The notes: generated from the letters alone by a model not told the origin. DNA of 64,000 bases from an uncultured Candidatus Saccharibacteria bacterium (GCA_964550955.1 CAZKAF010000001.1:503931-567930), one strand, 5' to 3'. Positions 27,503 to 39,417 are shown, counted from the stretch's first letter. Made by a program: numbers and translations.

Positions 27503-28987
27503 CTAAAAACCCCTCGATTCCTCAACTTTTTTACCCACAGCAAACAGTATGTCTTCCCGGCAATGCGGCGCCGTGAACTGAACGCCGATCGGAAGCTTGG
27601 CGGAGCCTTCCTCCTTGAAACCGGCCGGAACCGATATGGCCGGAGCGCCGATGAGGTTGGCCGTAACCGTGAAGACGTCCTCAAGATACATCTGTACCGG
27701 ATCGTCCGTATGAGAACCGATCTTGAATGCAGGAGTCGGAGTCGTCGGCGTGAGGATAACGTCGACTTCCTCAAAAGCCTTCTTGAAGTCTGCCGCGATG
27801 AGATTCTTTACGATGTTCGCCTTGTTATAGTACGCATCGTGATATCCGCTTGAAAGCACGTACGTGCCGAGCATGATCCTTCGTCGCACCTCCTTTCCGA
27901 GAAGTTCCCCTCTCGTATTGAGATAGTCGCCGAGAAGGTCGGCACCGTCCACTTTTGAACCGTACTTAACGCCGTCAAACCGGGCCATGTTAGATGATAC
28001 TTCGGCTGGCATGAGGATGTAATAAACTGCAAGTGAATATTTGATATGAGGGAGAGAGATCTCTTTCACTTCGCATCCGGCAGCCTTGAGCGCCTCGACC
28101 GTCCTGTTCATGGAATCGACGACGGAGGCATCGAGTCCGCCCACGTTCATGAGTTCAGGCACGATTCCAACTCGAATCTTCGCGGCATTGAATGAGTGTT
28201 CGGACGAGACCTTCTCAACGTCAGACTTGGCAAGGCTGGTAGAATCGTATCTGTCGCCGTTCTCGTTCTTTATAACATTGAAAATGAGCTCGATGTCCGC
28301 AACCGTATGCGCAAGCGGACCGATGACATCGAGCGAAGAGCCCATGGCCATGAGGCCATGCCGCGAGACAGTTCCATATGTAGGCTTGAGGCCGACGACG
28401 CCGTTGTATGCGGCGGGCTGCCTGATGGACCCGCCTGTGTCGGAACCAAGACTTGCCGGCGCTCCGCCCATGGCAAGAACCGCAGCGGAGCCTCCCGAGG
28501 AACCTCCGGCAACTCGCTCAAGGTCATGAGGATTTTTCGTAACGCCATATGCGGAGTTTTCAGTCGAACCTCCCATGGCAAACTCATCCATGTTTACCCG
28601 CCCGAGAAAGACAGCTCCGGCTGCCTTAAGCTTCGCAGTCACAGTCGAGTCATACGGAGATGCGTACTTTTCCAAAATCTTCGAGGCAGCGCTCGCGATC
28701 TTATCCTTGATGACGATGTTGTCTTTCATCGCAAGCGGCACGCCGAGAAGCGGAAACTCTGTATTGATTTCATCTGCACTCTTTCCAGCGGCGGCAAGTT
28801 CAGCCCTCTTCTGATCTGCCTTCTTCGCCTCTTCCAAAGCATCATTGAAAAATTCGAGATACGCATTGATGTCAGCGTTTCGCTTTTCAAACGCATCCTT
28901 ATACGCGGCAACAAGCTGCTCGCTTGTCACGCTTCCCTTCGCAAGCATGTCCCTGATTTCCAGTACCGTAAGTTTTGATGTGTCCAT
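27503..28987 (-). CDS. gatA: Glutamyl-tRNA(Gln) amidotransferase subunit A
   Basis: Amidase signature GGSSGGSAAVLA with the Ser-cisSer-Lys context. ATG at 28987 (MDTSKLTVLEIRDML). ORF-track TTG at 29044 would overlap gatC. Confidence 0.9.
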   Translation of the reverse strand: MDTSKLTVLEIRDMLAKGSVTSEQLVAAYKDAFEKRNADINAYLEFFNDALEEAKKADQKRAELAAAGKSADEINTEFPLLGVPLAMKDNIVIKDKIASAASKILEKYASPYDSTVTAKLKAAGAVFLGRVNMDEFAMGGSTENSAYGVTKNPHDLERVAGGSSGGSAAVLAMGGAPASLGSDTGGSIRQPAAYNGVVGLKPTYGTVSRHGLMAMGSSLDVIGPLAHTVADIELIFNVIKNENGDRYDSTSLAKSDVEKVSSEHSFNAAKIRVGIVPELMNVGGLDASVVDSMNRTVEALKAAGCEVKEISLPHIKYSLAVYYILMPAEVSSNMARFDGVKYGSKVDGADLLGDYLNTRGELLGKEVRRRIMLGTYVLSSGYHDAYYNKANIVKNLIAADFKKAFEEVDVILTPTTPTPAFKIGSHTDDPVQMYLEDVFTVTANLIGAPAISVPAGFKEEGSAKLPIGVQFTAPHCREDILFAVGKKVEESRGF

Positions 28988-29015
28988 ATATATAATGTAT
29001 GTGCGCGAACGCGTA

Positions 29016-29321
29016 TTAGCCGAGTATTTTCTTAACCTTAACAAGACCGTCCTGATGGGATGGCGCCCGGGAAAGAACCTCTGATGAATCAGGATTCAAG
29101 TCAGTGTCCGCAGCGTCTTCTCGCATGATGTTTCGGTGAAGCGGAGGATTCGCATGAACTCCGACAGAGGCCGCAGCGTCGCCAGCCGACACTTCTTTTA
29201 TCTGCTCTACATATCCGAGAATGGCGTCTATCTCCTTTGTAAATTGGGTTGTTTCCTCGTCGCTGAGCTTGATTCGGGACAAGGACGCAAGCTTCTGGAC
29301 GTCGGCTTCGGTTAATGACAT
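29016..29321 (-). CDS. gatC: Asp/Glu-tRNA amidotransferase subunit C
   Basis: MSLTEADVQKLASLSRIKLSDEE...LGYVEQI is typical of GatC. Immediately upstream of gatA. Confidence 0.8.
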   Translation of the reverse strand: MSLTEADVQKLASLSRIKLSDEETTQFTKEIDAILGYVEQIKEVSAGDAAASVGVHANPPLHRNIMREDAADTDLNPDSSEVLSRAPSHQDGLVKVKKILG

Positions 29322-29439
29322 ATGGGCAAATGATATCATTTTAGGATTTCAGAGGCTATTGACATAACTGACATGAATGCTGTTGTACTGGCCAGACATG
29401 CAATGTACCGAACAGCACAACGCTGCAACGCAGCGAAAC

Positions 29440-29470
29440 CCAAAACGCCCCATCCCGGGCGTTTTTTTAT
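29440..29470. terminator. Terminator downstream of ligA (usable on both strands)
   Basis: AAAACGCCC-CATCCC-GGGCGTTTTTTT. A/T runs on both sides. Confidence 0.55.
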
Positions 29471-29502
29471 TTTCAGAATCTGCGCGCCGAAAGATTTTGA
29501 GT

Positions 29503-29528
29503 GTCATATCGCATTTTTGCTATATGAC
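29503..29528. repeat. Palindrome GTCATATCGCATTTTTGCTATATGAC (copy B of intergenic palindrome family)
   Basis: One mismatch in the arms. ~180 bp upstream of the gatC start. Confidence 0.55.
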
Positions 29529-29569
29529 AAAAGAAATGCGTAAAAAATGGGTCGCGAAGCAACCCTGAA

Positions 29570-31741
<2,172 letters not shown>

Positions 31742-31766
31742 TTAGAATATACCACAAACTCATGAC

Positions 31767-32381
31767 CTAATACGACAAGACTATGGCTCGCTCCACCACT
31801 CGAGGATTCGTAAGGTTGCAAGACCCCGAACTTGGCGTAGCCGGCCCTGAATACCCCACGCTGCCGGTGAACGGCGCATTGTAACCTCGGGAGTCGATAT
31901 GAGTATAGACCCTGACATCGTCAGGATCGGAATCATCCACTGTTTTCGTGACGGTCACGAAAGCGCAAGACGGGTCGCTGCCCGGTCGGGTGTAATTGAC
32001 CGAAAAGGTTGTCCTGACCACATTGGGAATTGAAAAATCATCTTTTAGAAACCCGCCGATTTGACCAGTGCCGCCTCCAAAACCGCATTTGATGCCGTCA
32101 AGAATGTCGACATCGGTTGTCGTGCTGGCGAAAACTCCCTCGAATGTCGTAAGGCCGGCGATGTCCTTTCGATCCCAATACAATGCACATTCTGCCCCGC
32201 TATCAGCCGCATAGAATGCGATCTGAGATTCTTTTCCAGTACTTGAGAAAATGAGCTGTTTCAAAATTATGTTACCGAGAGACAGGCCGATCGCAAGCAG
32301 CATGCTTGATACGATCACGGCAACAAAAAGCGTGAATCCGCTTCTTGCATTTGCCTTTTTAAGTGAGGGTGCGCATTTCAT
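31767..32381 (-). CDS. Type IV minor pilin/pseudopilin (prepilin-type N-terminus)
   Basis: Leader MKCAPSLKKANARSG|FTLFVAVIVSSMLLAIGL (no Glu at +5). ATG at 32381; ORF-track TTG at 32387. Confidence 0.65.
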   Translation of the reverse strand: MKCAPSLKKANARSGFTLFVAVIVSSMLLAIGLSLGNIILKQLIFSSTGKESQIAFYAADSGAECALYWDRKDIAGLTTFEGVFASTTTDVDILDGIKCGFGGGTGQIGGFLKDDFSIPNVVRTTFSVNYTRPGSDPSCAFVTVTKTVDDSDPDDVRVYTHIDSRGYNAPFTGSVGYSGPATPSSGSCNLTNPRVVERAIVLSY

Positions 32382-32391
32382 GGTCAATCAA

Positions 32392-33048
32392 TTAAAATTT
32401 ATCAAGCTGCCAGTTATTAAGATTATCGCGAAGAAGCACCGAATGGCTGCCGGAAGGAGTGTTCCACTTTACCCGTACGGTGACGACAAGTTCCCTGCGA
32501 ACAGCCTCCAAAAACGCATCGTCATCGGTGCCGCCCCCTGTTGCAGCGTACGGAGGTATGCTGAAGATGATTTCTCTGGTAAACCTCGAATAGGTAGGTC
32601 CCGCCCCCTCTCCATATGTAGCGTATCCTTGAACATTCTCCGGATCCCAATACTTCAAACGCCCGCAGACACCGCTTGGGCACATCTTGAGCGTGTACCC
32701 GCTCGAACTGCGTTCAAGATTCATCTTACGGCTTTCGCCCGACTCATTCAAATGCCACGCCCTCACTCCCGAGTATATCTTCGGCACGACGCCTGCAAGC
32801 CAGTCATCGGCAGCTTCCGGCGGATCCTTTAAAGCATTGTTGTCTCGCTGATTTCGCAAGTACTCTATGGCCTCTTGAGCAAGGTAAAAAGCGGTGACCT
32901 GGTCTCGCGCATAAAATGAATTTCGAAGAGCCTGAGAGATGATCGAGAGAGGACCGGTCAATGCGATGGCGAGTATGGAAATGGCGACCAGCGTCTCGAT
33001 GATCGTAAAGCCTTTTTTATGCGATGTTTCTTTATGTGTAAATTTCAT
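32392..33048 (-). CDS. Type IV minor pilin/pseudopilin
   Basis: Leader MKFTHKETSHKKG|FTIIETLVAISILAIAL, class III signal with Glu+5. ATG at 33048. Confidence 0.65.
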   Translation of the reverse strand: MKFTHKETSHKKGFTIIETLVAISILAIALTGPLSIISQALRNSFYARDQVTAFYLAQEAIEYLRNQRDNNALKDPPEAADDWLAGVVPKIYSGVRAWHLNESGESRKMNLERSSSGYTLKMCPSGVCGRLKYWDPENVQGYATYGEGAGPTYSRFTREIIFSIPPYAATGGGTDDDAFLEAVRRELVVTVRVKWNTPSGSHSVLLRDNLNNWQLDKF

Positions 33049-33068
33049 AATCGTTCTGCGTGATTTTG

Positions 33069-33737
33069 TCAATCGATTCCTATGTTAAGAATTCTCTGCG
33101 ATACGAAAGTTTGAAGCACGAAATCAGACTCCTTGGCATTAGGTCCCGCAGTTCCTGAAATCAAAATGAAAATGCTCGGCTGAACAGTCCCTCCCGGCGC
33201 AGGGCTATTCACATAAAATTTGGCCGATTTAATATTGACTTCAGGAGGAGTAATGTCCGTTTCAACCCACATATCCGCTTCAGGATCGAAATAAGTTTTG
33301 ACAATCCTTCCTGTGCGATTTATCGTCTGCGGCTCAAATCGATACTCCACCCCCAAAGGGCTGCCTGACAACACGGACACGAAGGCAACCACTGTCTGAG
33401 GGGCGCTTACGGCAGCTGCGCAGAGAATGTCATCGGAAGCAGGAATCTGGTAAAAATTAGAGGAAGGGTCTTCCATCTCCGAGAAATCGTAATTTCCCTC
33501 GCATCTGTAGAAATACCCCGTCTTCATGTCTCGGACCATGCTCTCAATTGCAAAGTTCAAATTATTAACCACCGCATTAATTGCCTGCGCCTTTCGATTC
33601 CCCCCAATGATGCTTAGCACGACGGATACCGCGACGAGCATGAATACGGAAAAAATCGCAACGGAGACGAGCATCTCTACCAATGTAAAGCCCGACTTGG
33701 CCTGGATATTTTTTTTGCTAAAGTGAAATCGCATCAT
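33069..33737 (-). CDS. Type IV minor pilin/pseudopilin
   Basis: Leader ...NIQAKSG|FTLVEMLVSVAIFSVFMLVAV. Confidence 0.65.
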   Translation of the reverse strand: MMRFHFSKKNIQAKSGFTLVEMLVSVAIFSVFMLVAVSVVLSIIGGNRKAQAINAVVNNLNFAIESMVRDMKTGYFYRCEGNYDFSEMEDPSSNFYQIPASDDILCAAAVSAPQTVVAFVSVLSGSPLGVEYRFEPQTINRTGRIVKTYFDPEADMWVETDITPPEVNIKSAKFYVNSPAPGGTVQPSIFILISGTAGPNAKESDFVLQTFVSQRILNIGID

Positions 33738-33751
33738 GTGAATCTATTATA

Positions 33752-34468
33752 TTACGAATTCGCGCAGAGAGTGCTGGATGAATCCACTATTCGAGTCTGA
33801 CCGGTCGGCTCAATGACGACAACCTTGCAATTCTCTCCATCGCCAGTATCAACCACGATGTACACCCGGTCTCCAGGGTATGGCGCCAAGGCATCGCTGC
33901 CCCCTCTTTTTGCATAGACCCGCGGGGCAGGATTCGGCCTTTTGAATACGACGTGAACCTCAGTGGCAACAAAATCAGGATTAGTTCCGCATGCGGGCTG
34001 GTAAGAACCCTCAAGCTTGCCGACGCAGATAGTTCGAATCCTGTTCGTTCTCTGATTCTGAAATATGTATTGGATTACCTCTTCGCCAGGCTCATATGTC
34101 GGCATGCTTGTCCCTGAAGACGTATTCGAATAGACAACGACTTGCCGGGGACTTGCAATGTTAAAATATGCACCGGCTTCGCTTTCGAAATTGCCGACAT
34201 CTCCAGCCGCCCGCACGCTGATGCCGTACAGCTGAGCCTCCCTGACTGCCAGCGCAATTTCATACGCCATATTTGTCAAAAGCGTATTGCTCGAGAGCTT
34301 TGCCTGATCGAACAGCGCGATGGAGCTGACAATGGTGAATATCGCGATTACGATGATCATCTCCGCCAGCGTGAAGCCCGCATTGACCAGCCTGCGCGTT
34401 TTTTTGACTGCCTTTCCTGCAGCATCCTGCACGCTTTTATAGAACGTTTTGCGCATGTTTAATTTCAT
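33752..34468 (-). CDS. Type IV minor pilin/pseudopilin
   Basis: Leader ...RRLVNAG|FTLAEMIIVIAIFTIVSSIAL. Overlaps the pilD stop by 4 nt. Confidence 0.6.
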   Translation of the reverse strand: MKLNMRKTFYKSVQDAAGKAVKKTRRLVNAGFTLAEMIIVIAIFTIVSSIALFDQAKLSSNTLLTNMAYEIALAVREAQLYGISVRAAGDVGNFESEAGAYFNIASPRQVVVYSNTSSGTSMPTYEPGEEVIQYIFQNQRTNRIRTICVGKLEGSYQPACGTNPDFVATEVHVVFKRPNPAPRVYAKRGGSDALAPYPGDRVYIVVDTGDGENCKVVVIEPTGQTRIVDSSSTLCANS

Positions 34469-35436
34469 AGAATATACTCGAGCGGCTCAAATATATTATA
34501 CCCAAAAAAGAAGACGATAAGAAGACCTGCTATGAGAAAAGGCGCGAACGGAATTTCGCTTTTCAGCGACAAGACCGGCACCTGGAAGCCCGTCGCGTAT
34601 TTTATGACACCCTTGATCTTGCGGAAAACCGATCTCATGCTCTTGAGCTTGTTCATGGACGTGGACGCACGGCCGAGAACGAGAAGAATGATGGAAACTG
34701 CCGCGCCTATCCAGAATCCGTAGATGATGGCGCTGGCCCCGGCCGACAAGCCAAGGAACCATCCGATGCCGAGGGACAATTTTGCATCTCCCAACCCCAT
34801 CCAGCGGCCGTCCGATACCAGCCAAAGTATGTAGAACGGGAAAGCCAGGATAAGGCCCGATGAGAGCGACAGCAGGGTCGGGATCACGAGCCTGATCTGG
34901 CCCGAGCCGTCGAAACCGAGAAACAGCGTGACGAGCGCAAGAGCGGCAAACGTATATGAAAACAAATCCGGAATTATCTTATGCCTCATGTCATAGACGG
35001 TAATGAGGACAAGGAACGCCATGATGACGCATGTGTAGAAAGTCTGAATCAGAAACTGGACCGGATACGCGAGAGCCGTCGGCGCGAAAACCAGGTACGT
35101 TCCCAGAAACAGAAAGGCGGTCAATAATTCTACGGCAGGATACTGAAGGGAGATTTCGCTTTTGCATGTCCGGCACCTTCCCCTGAAGGCGACATAGCTC
35201 AGCACGGGAATGAGGTCAATGGCGCTCAGATGCCTCTTGCATGAGAAGCACTGCGACCTTCCCATCAGGCCCTTGCCGGTATTGTATCGATACAGCACTA
35301 CGTTCAAGAAGCTTCCGATGATGGCGCCGAGCCCGAGAAAAAAAATGCTGAGTACAATATTCACGCATATATCATATCTTAGTTTATTGCCAGAGCAAAG
35401 GATGCGCGTGCGTTCAAGAGACGGCCTCGGCGCCAA
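34465..35436 (-). CDS. pilD: Prepilin peptidase (A24 family)
   Basis: N-terminal GLGAIIGSFLNVV, Zn-binding CxxC...CxxC (CFSCKRH...CRTCKSE), and multiple TM helices with the catalytic-Asp regions. ORF-track start is TTG at 35436; a GTG at ~35364 (VNIVLSIFFLGLG) fits family N-termini better. Confidence 0.85.
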   Translation of the reverse strand: MAPRPSLERTRILCSGNKLRYDICVNIVLSIFFLGLGAIIGSFLNVVLYRYNTGKGLMGRSQCFSCKRHLSAIDLIPVLSYVAFRGRCRTCKSEISLQYPAVELLTAFLFLGTYLVFAPTALAYPVQFLIQTFYTCVIMAFLVLITVYDMRHKIIPDLFSYTFAALALVTLFLGFDGSGQIRLVIPTLLSLSSGLILAFPFYILWLVSDGRWMGLGDAKLSLGIGWFLGLSAGASAIIYGFWIGAAVSIILLVLGRASTSMNKLKSMRSVFRKIKGVIKYATGFQVPVLSLKSEIPFAPFLIAGLLIVFFFGYNIFEPLEYIL

Positions 35437-35468
35437 GGAAAGTCATGCACGGCAGGGTTTGAATGCAG

Positions 35469-35561
35469 CCCGCCAAACTCTTAAGAGGCAATACAAAACC
35501 CGCCTTTTTGGGGCGGGTTCTTGGGTTTTGGGGAAACTGAAAATTTAGACTAGTTGCAAAC
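35469..35561. repeat. 93-nt direct repeat, copy 1 (pilin 3' flank including terminator)
   Basis: Identical to 36152-36244. Confidence 0.85.
35495..35520 (-). terminator. Terminator after pilA (inside the duplicated 93-nt 3' flank)
   Basis: Minus strand reads AACCCGCCCC-AAAAA-GGCGGGTT followed by TTGTATTG. Confidence 0.6.
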
Positions 35562-35987
35562 AGCTCCCGTAAGAGTCGAAGAAGCTGACTTTCCAGTACT
35601 ATCTACACAGTATGTTGTTCCGCCAAACGCCGCTGCAACCGCCCATGTCGTCTCAGTCACGCTACAAGTTACCGATGTTGTCTTACCGTAAACGCTAGTG
35701 ATAAGCGCACCTAATCCATTCGCGCCTCCGAGTACGTTAGTTGTCTGACCTGTTGTACAAGCTGTGCCTGTTCCTGCAACTACGTCAGAACCGCTGGCCT
35801 TATATTTGTTAGCTGCACTGTAGTAAAGCTCAGCCTGCGCTCGCATGTTCGAGAGCTCGTTCTGGACCGCCGCCGCCGTTCCCCTGGACCGAGCCGTCGT
35901 GAGGGACGCGAGCACTACTGATGATAGGATACCGATGATGGCGATTACCACCAAGAGTTCGATGAGTGTGAAACCTCGAGTTTTCAT
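35550..35987 (-). CDS. pilA: Type IVa major pilin
   Basis: MKTRG|FTLIELLVVIAIIGILSSVVLASL, a canonical class III signal with a 5-aa leader and Glu+5. C-terminal Cys pair. ATG at 35987; ORF-track TTG at 36041 is less likely. Confidence 0.8.
   Translation of the reverse strand: MKTRGFTLIELLVVIAIIGILSSVVLASLTTARSRGTAAAVQNELSNMRAQAELYYSAANKYKASGSDVVAGTGTACTTGQTTNVLGGANGLGALITSVYGKTTSVTCSVTETTWAVAAAFGGTTYCVDSTGKSASSTLTGAVCN
35835..35972. repeat. 138-nt direct repeat, copy 1 (conserved N-terminal pilin coding block)
   Basis: 100% identical to 36488-36625. Divergence starts exactly 5' of the LIELLVV codons. Confidence 0.85.
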
Positions 35988-36151
35988 AATCGAATTGATT
36001 GAATTAAATGTAAATTGAATACCTGTTAAATTTTTCTTCAAAAGTCACGCAAACGCGACCTTGTATTCCTGATCTTCGACAGACCAAAAACGTGCCTTTA
36101 TTATACCAACTTATACAAAGGTAAAGATACCCTTGACCTGTGGATAGATTT

Positions 36152-36244
36152 CCCGCCAAACTCTTAAGAGGCAATACAAAACCCGCCTTTTTGGGGCGGG
36201 TTCTTGGGTTTTGGGGAAACTGAAAATTTAGACTAGTTGCAAAC
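36152..36244. repeat. 93-nt direct repeat, copy 2 (3' flank of silent pilin cassette)
   Basis: Identical to 35469-35561. Contains the same terminator hairpin (36178-36202). Confidence 0.85.
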
Positions 36245-36652
36245 TCCGCCTGTGACAGCGATAGTCGTTGTGCTTTTCTTAGACACCCCCTTGCTATCCA
36301 CGCAGAAGTAATCTGATCCTGCTGACGCAGTAACTGCCCAAGCCTGAGCCGGTGTTCCTGAAGCCACGCAAGTTGGAGTTATGCTTTTAGCTGCAATACC
36401 ATCAAGAAGCGGCTTGAGCCCGTTTGCTGATGTGAAAAGAGTGCCAGTTGAACAGTCTCCGGCAGTTCCATAACTTCCCGTTGTACTGTAGAACAATTCA
36501 GCCTGCGCTCGCATGTTCGAGAGCTCGTTCTGGACCGCCGCCGCCGTTCCCCTGGACCGAGCCGTCGTGAGGGACGCGAGCACTACTGATGATAGGATAC
36601 CGATGATGGCGATTACCACCAAGAGTTCGATGAGCGCGCCGGCCGCCTGAAG
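36233..36652 (-). pseudogene. Leaderless/promoterless pilin paralog (silent pilin cassette)
   Basis: Conserved N-terminal mature-pilin block is identical to pilA, but there is no Met, no KRG|F leader and no class III cleavage site. Upstream in-frame sequence is TAG(pilC stop)-LQAAGALIELLVV. C-terminal half diverges from pilA. Confidence 0.6.
36488..36625. repeat. 138-nt direct repeat, copy 2
   Basis: 100% identical to 35835-35972. Confidence 0.85.
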
Positions 36653-37861
36653 CTAGATTCCCGAAGAGATGTTATAGATAGGAATGAGAACTGACGCGAG
36701 AAGGAAGCCTACGCCGAGGCCGAGCATCACGATCATGACCGGCTCGATGAGGTCGACGAGCGTGTCTACCGCGTTCATCACTTCTCGCTGATAGAATTTC
36801 GCCAGCGTTTTCAGGATGCTTCCGAGCTCGCCCGTTTCCTCGCCCACGCGAATCATCTGCACGAGAATGCCCGGTATTTCCGGATACTTTCCTACCGCGT
36901 CGGAAAGCGCGCTGCCCGTCTTTACCGCGTCGAGCGATTCGCGCATGATTCCCTCGTATACCTTGTTATCGACGACATTGGCAGTGAGCTCAAGCGCCTT
37001 TACCATCGGAATGCCGCTGGCAAGCATGGTGTTCAGGTTGTCCGCAATTCGGGACAGGTATAATTTTCTGTACAGGTCGCCGATGTATGGAACATCAAGC
37101 CGAACGCGCGATGACGCGTCCTTGCCCGCATCGGTCTGCAGGAATCTGAACAGGAAGAATATGCCCACGATAATGAGCACTATCAGGAACGGCCCGAAGT
37201 TGACCAGGATGTCGCTGAGCGCGATTACGAATTTCGTATAAATAGGAACCTCCTGCCCCGATTCGGTGATGATGCTGCTGATCTTCGGAATGACCACCGT
37301 GAGCATCAATGACATTACGGCAATGAACGTGAAGACCACGAATGCCGGATAAATGAGGGCGTTCTTCACTTTCGAGTTCACTTCGTATGATCGGTCGAGA
37401 TAGTCGGCAAGGAAGTTGAACGTCTCGTCGAGCTTTCCGGACTCCTCGCCCGCCTTGACCATGTTCACGTAAAATGTCGAGAAGACTTTCGGATGCTTGG
37501 AAAGCGCGTTCGAGATGCTCGAGCCGCCCTGAATGTCTTCCGAAATCTCAAAGAGATTCTTCCTGAGAGTCTTGTTCTCCGCCTCGGCCGAGAGCAGCTT
37601 GAAGATACGGAGCGCGGACACCTGCGCGGTGAACAGCGTCGCCATCTGCCGCGACAGGATCACGACATCCTTGTTCTTTACGCCGCTGAAGATGCTAATC
37701 TCTTTCCCGAGAAGGCCTCCTGCCTCCTCCGCCGGCTTGATGGAAGTGATGACGAAGCCGCGTCGCTGAAGCGAGCTGATCGCAATGTCAATAGTGACCG
37801 CATCGATCGATCCTTCCGTTTCGGCCCCTGATTGGTTTATTGCTTTGTATTTAAATAGCAT
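36653..37861 (-). CDS. pilC: Type IV pilus inner-membrane platform protein (GspF family)
   Basis: Two GspF-like repeats with conserved cytoplasmic domains and 3 TM helices. 402 aa. Confidence 0.9.
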   Translation of the reverse strand: MLFKYKAINQSGAETEGSIDAVTIDIAISSLQRRGFVITSIKPAEEAGGLLGKEISIFSGVKNKDVVILSRQMATLFTAQVSALRIFKLLSAEAENKTLRKNLFEISEDIQGGSSISNALSKHPKVFSTFYVNMVKAGEESGKLDETFNFLADYLDRSYEVNSKVKNALIYPAFVVFTFIAVMSLMLTVVIPKISSIITESGQEVPIYTKFVIALSDILVNFGPFLIVLIIVGIFFLFRFLQTDAGKDASSRVRLDVPYIGDLYRKLYLSRIADNLNTMLASGIPMVKALELTANVVDNKVYEGIMRESLDAVKTGSALSDAVGKYPEIPGILVQMIRVGEETGELGSILKTLAKFYQREVMNAVDTLVDLIEPVMIVMLGLGVGFLLASVLIPIYNISSGI

Positions 37862-37953
37862 GGTTTTGTTTGCTTAGCTTCGATTGCCTGAAATCCCGAA
37901 TGAGTCCGCGCTTGCAGGGCCGCTTTTTTCTGCCAACAGCGGCATCGCCCGGC

Positions 37954-39015
37954 TTAAATCAGACGCTCGAGAATCTGCGGATTCAGCGAATGCTGATACG
38001 CGCTTTCGATGGTGATTTCCCCTCTCCGGACAAGATCCGCCAGGCACCGGTTCAGGTCGATCATGCCGTCCTGCGAGCCGGTCTCGATGACCGTGTTGAT
38101 TTCATGGCTTCTCTTCTCCCTAATCAGGTTCGCCACGGCCGCGTTCGCCACAAGAAGCTCGTACGCGGGAATCATTCCGCCTGAAATTCGGGGAATGAGC
38201 CGCTGAGAGAAGATGCCCGAAAGCGACGCCGCGAGCTGAACTCGGATCTGGTCCTGCTGGCCGGCCGGGAACGTGTCGATGATTCGGTCGATGGTCTGCG
38301 CGGCATTGTTCGTATGGAGCGTCGAGAATACCATGTGGCCGGTTTCTGCAGCCGTAACGGCCGCAGCCATCGTCTCATGGCCTCTCATCTCCCCAAGCAG
38401 GATCACGTTGACGTCCTGCCGAAGCACCGAGACGAGAGCGTCTTCGAAGCTGTCGGTATCAACTCCTACTTCCCGCTGGTCGATGACGGACTTCTTCTGG
38501 TCGTACACGTACTCGACCGGATCCTCGATCGTGATGATATGCTCCGCCCGTTCCTGATTGATCAGCTCGATCATCGAAGCGAGCGTCGTGGACTTTCCTT
38601 GACCCACCGGACCTACCACGAGAAAGAATCCCTGCTTCTTTCGGGCGAACGTCTCGAGCATCGGAGGAAGGCCGAGTTCAGACAGCGTCTTGATCTGCTT
38701 CGGAATAAGCCTGAGCGCGATGCTGAAATAGCCTTGCTGAATATACGCATTGCCTCGAAAGCGGGCAGTTTCTCCGAACCGATACGAGAAGTCGTATTCC
38801 TTCTTTTCGATGAACTTCATCATCTTCTCCTTTCCGATCATGACTTCGAGAACTCCGAGAATCGCGTCGTGGCTCAGGATGTCCTTCTTTACGAGAGGAA
38901 GTAGCGAGCTGTTCGTGCGGATCATCGGATGCCTGCCTTCGGACAAGTGAAGATCCGACGCGCCTTCTCGCACCACTATCGAAAGCAGATCCCCTAGTTC
39001 ATCGTTGTAATTCAT
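37954..39015 (-). CDS. pilT: Twitching-motility retraction ATPase
   Basis: Walker A GPVGQGKSTT, Asp box, Walker B, His box, and AIRNLIRE-like motif (AVANLIREKR). 353 aa. Confidence 0.9.
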   Translation of the reverse strand: MNYNDELGDLLSIVVREGASDLHLSEGRHPMIRTNSSLLPLVKKDILSHDAILGVLEVMIGKEKMMKFIEKKEYDFSYRFGETARFRGNAYIQQGYFSIALRLIPKQIKTLSELGLPPMLETFARKKQGFFLVVGPVGQGKSTTLASMIELINQERAEHIITIEDPVEYVYDQKKSVIDQREVGVDTDSFEDALVSVLRQDVNVILLGEMRGHETMAAAVTAAETGHMVFSTLHTNNAAQTIDRIIDTFPAGQQDQIRVQLAASLSGIFSQRLIPRISGGMIPAYELLVANAAVANLIREKRSHEINTVIETGSQDGMIDLNRCLADLVRRGEITIESAYQHSLNPQILERLI

Positions 39016-39018
39016 ATC

Positions 39019-39417
39019 TTATAGTTTCTTTTTGTTATTTAGCATCCTGAGAACTTCCGTCACTACCTCCGACGGAATGGTCGTCGCTTTCACGATGTAC
39101 CCGTCGATTCCCAGCCGCTTTGCCTTGTCGATGTCGGACGATTGGCCCTGGTTGCTCAGGATGAGCACGACCGCGTCGTCGGCCAGCTTCTTGTCCCGGA
39201 TATTCTTGAGGGCCTCAAGACCGTCCATGACCGGCATGACGATGTCGAGAACGATGGCGTCCGGAACGAACCCCTCTTCGAGCCTCTTCAGCGCCTCGGA
39301 ACCGTCGCTCGCGGTCGTTACCGCGAACTTTTCCTTTTGGAACTTGATTGAATACATGTTCAAAAGGAACTTGTCATCGTCAACTATCAGTATTTTGTAT
39401 GGAATGTCTCCGTTCAT
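39019..39417 (-). CDS. Single-domain response regulator (CheY/PilH-like receiver)
   Basis: KILIVDDD, phospho-acceptor Asp in LDIVMPVMDG, conserved T/S and K (DGYIVK). No output domain and no cognate kinase in the window. Confidence 0.8.
   Translation of the reverse strand: MNGDIPYKILIVDDDKFLLNMYSIKFQKEKFAVTTASDGSEALKRLEEGFVPDAIVLDIVMPVMDGLEALKNIRDKKLADDAVVLILSNQGQSSDIDKAKRLGIDGYIVKATTIPSEVVTEVLRMLNNKKKL

Noticed and set aside
28196-28978. 260-aa + ORF
   Set aside because: Antisense to gatA, which carries the complete amidase signature.
36233-36622. Second pilin read as an intact expressed pilA2 gene
   Set aside because: Its only start is an internal TTG at the LLVV codons. It lacks the prepilin leader and cleavage site and has no promoter, so it is better treated as a silent cassette/pseudogene.
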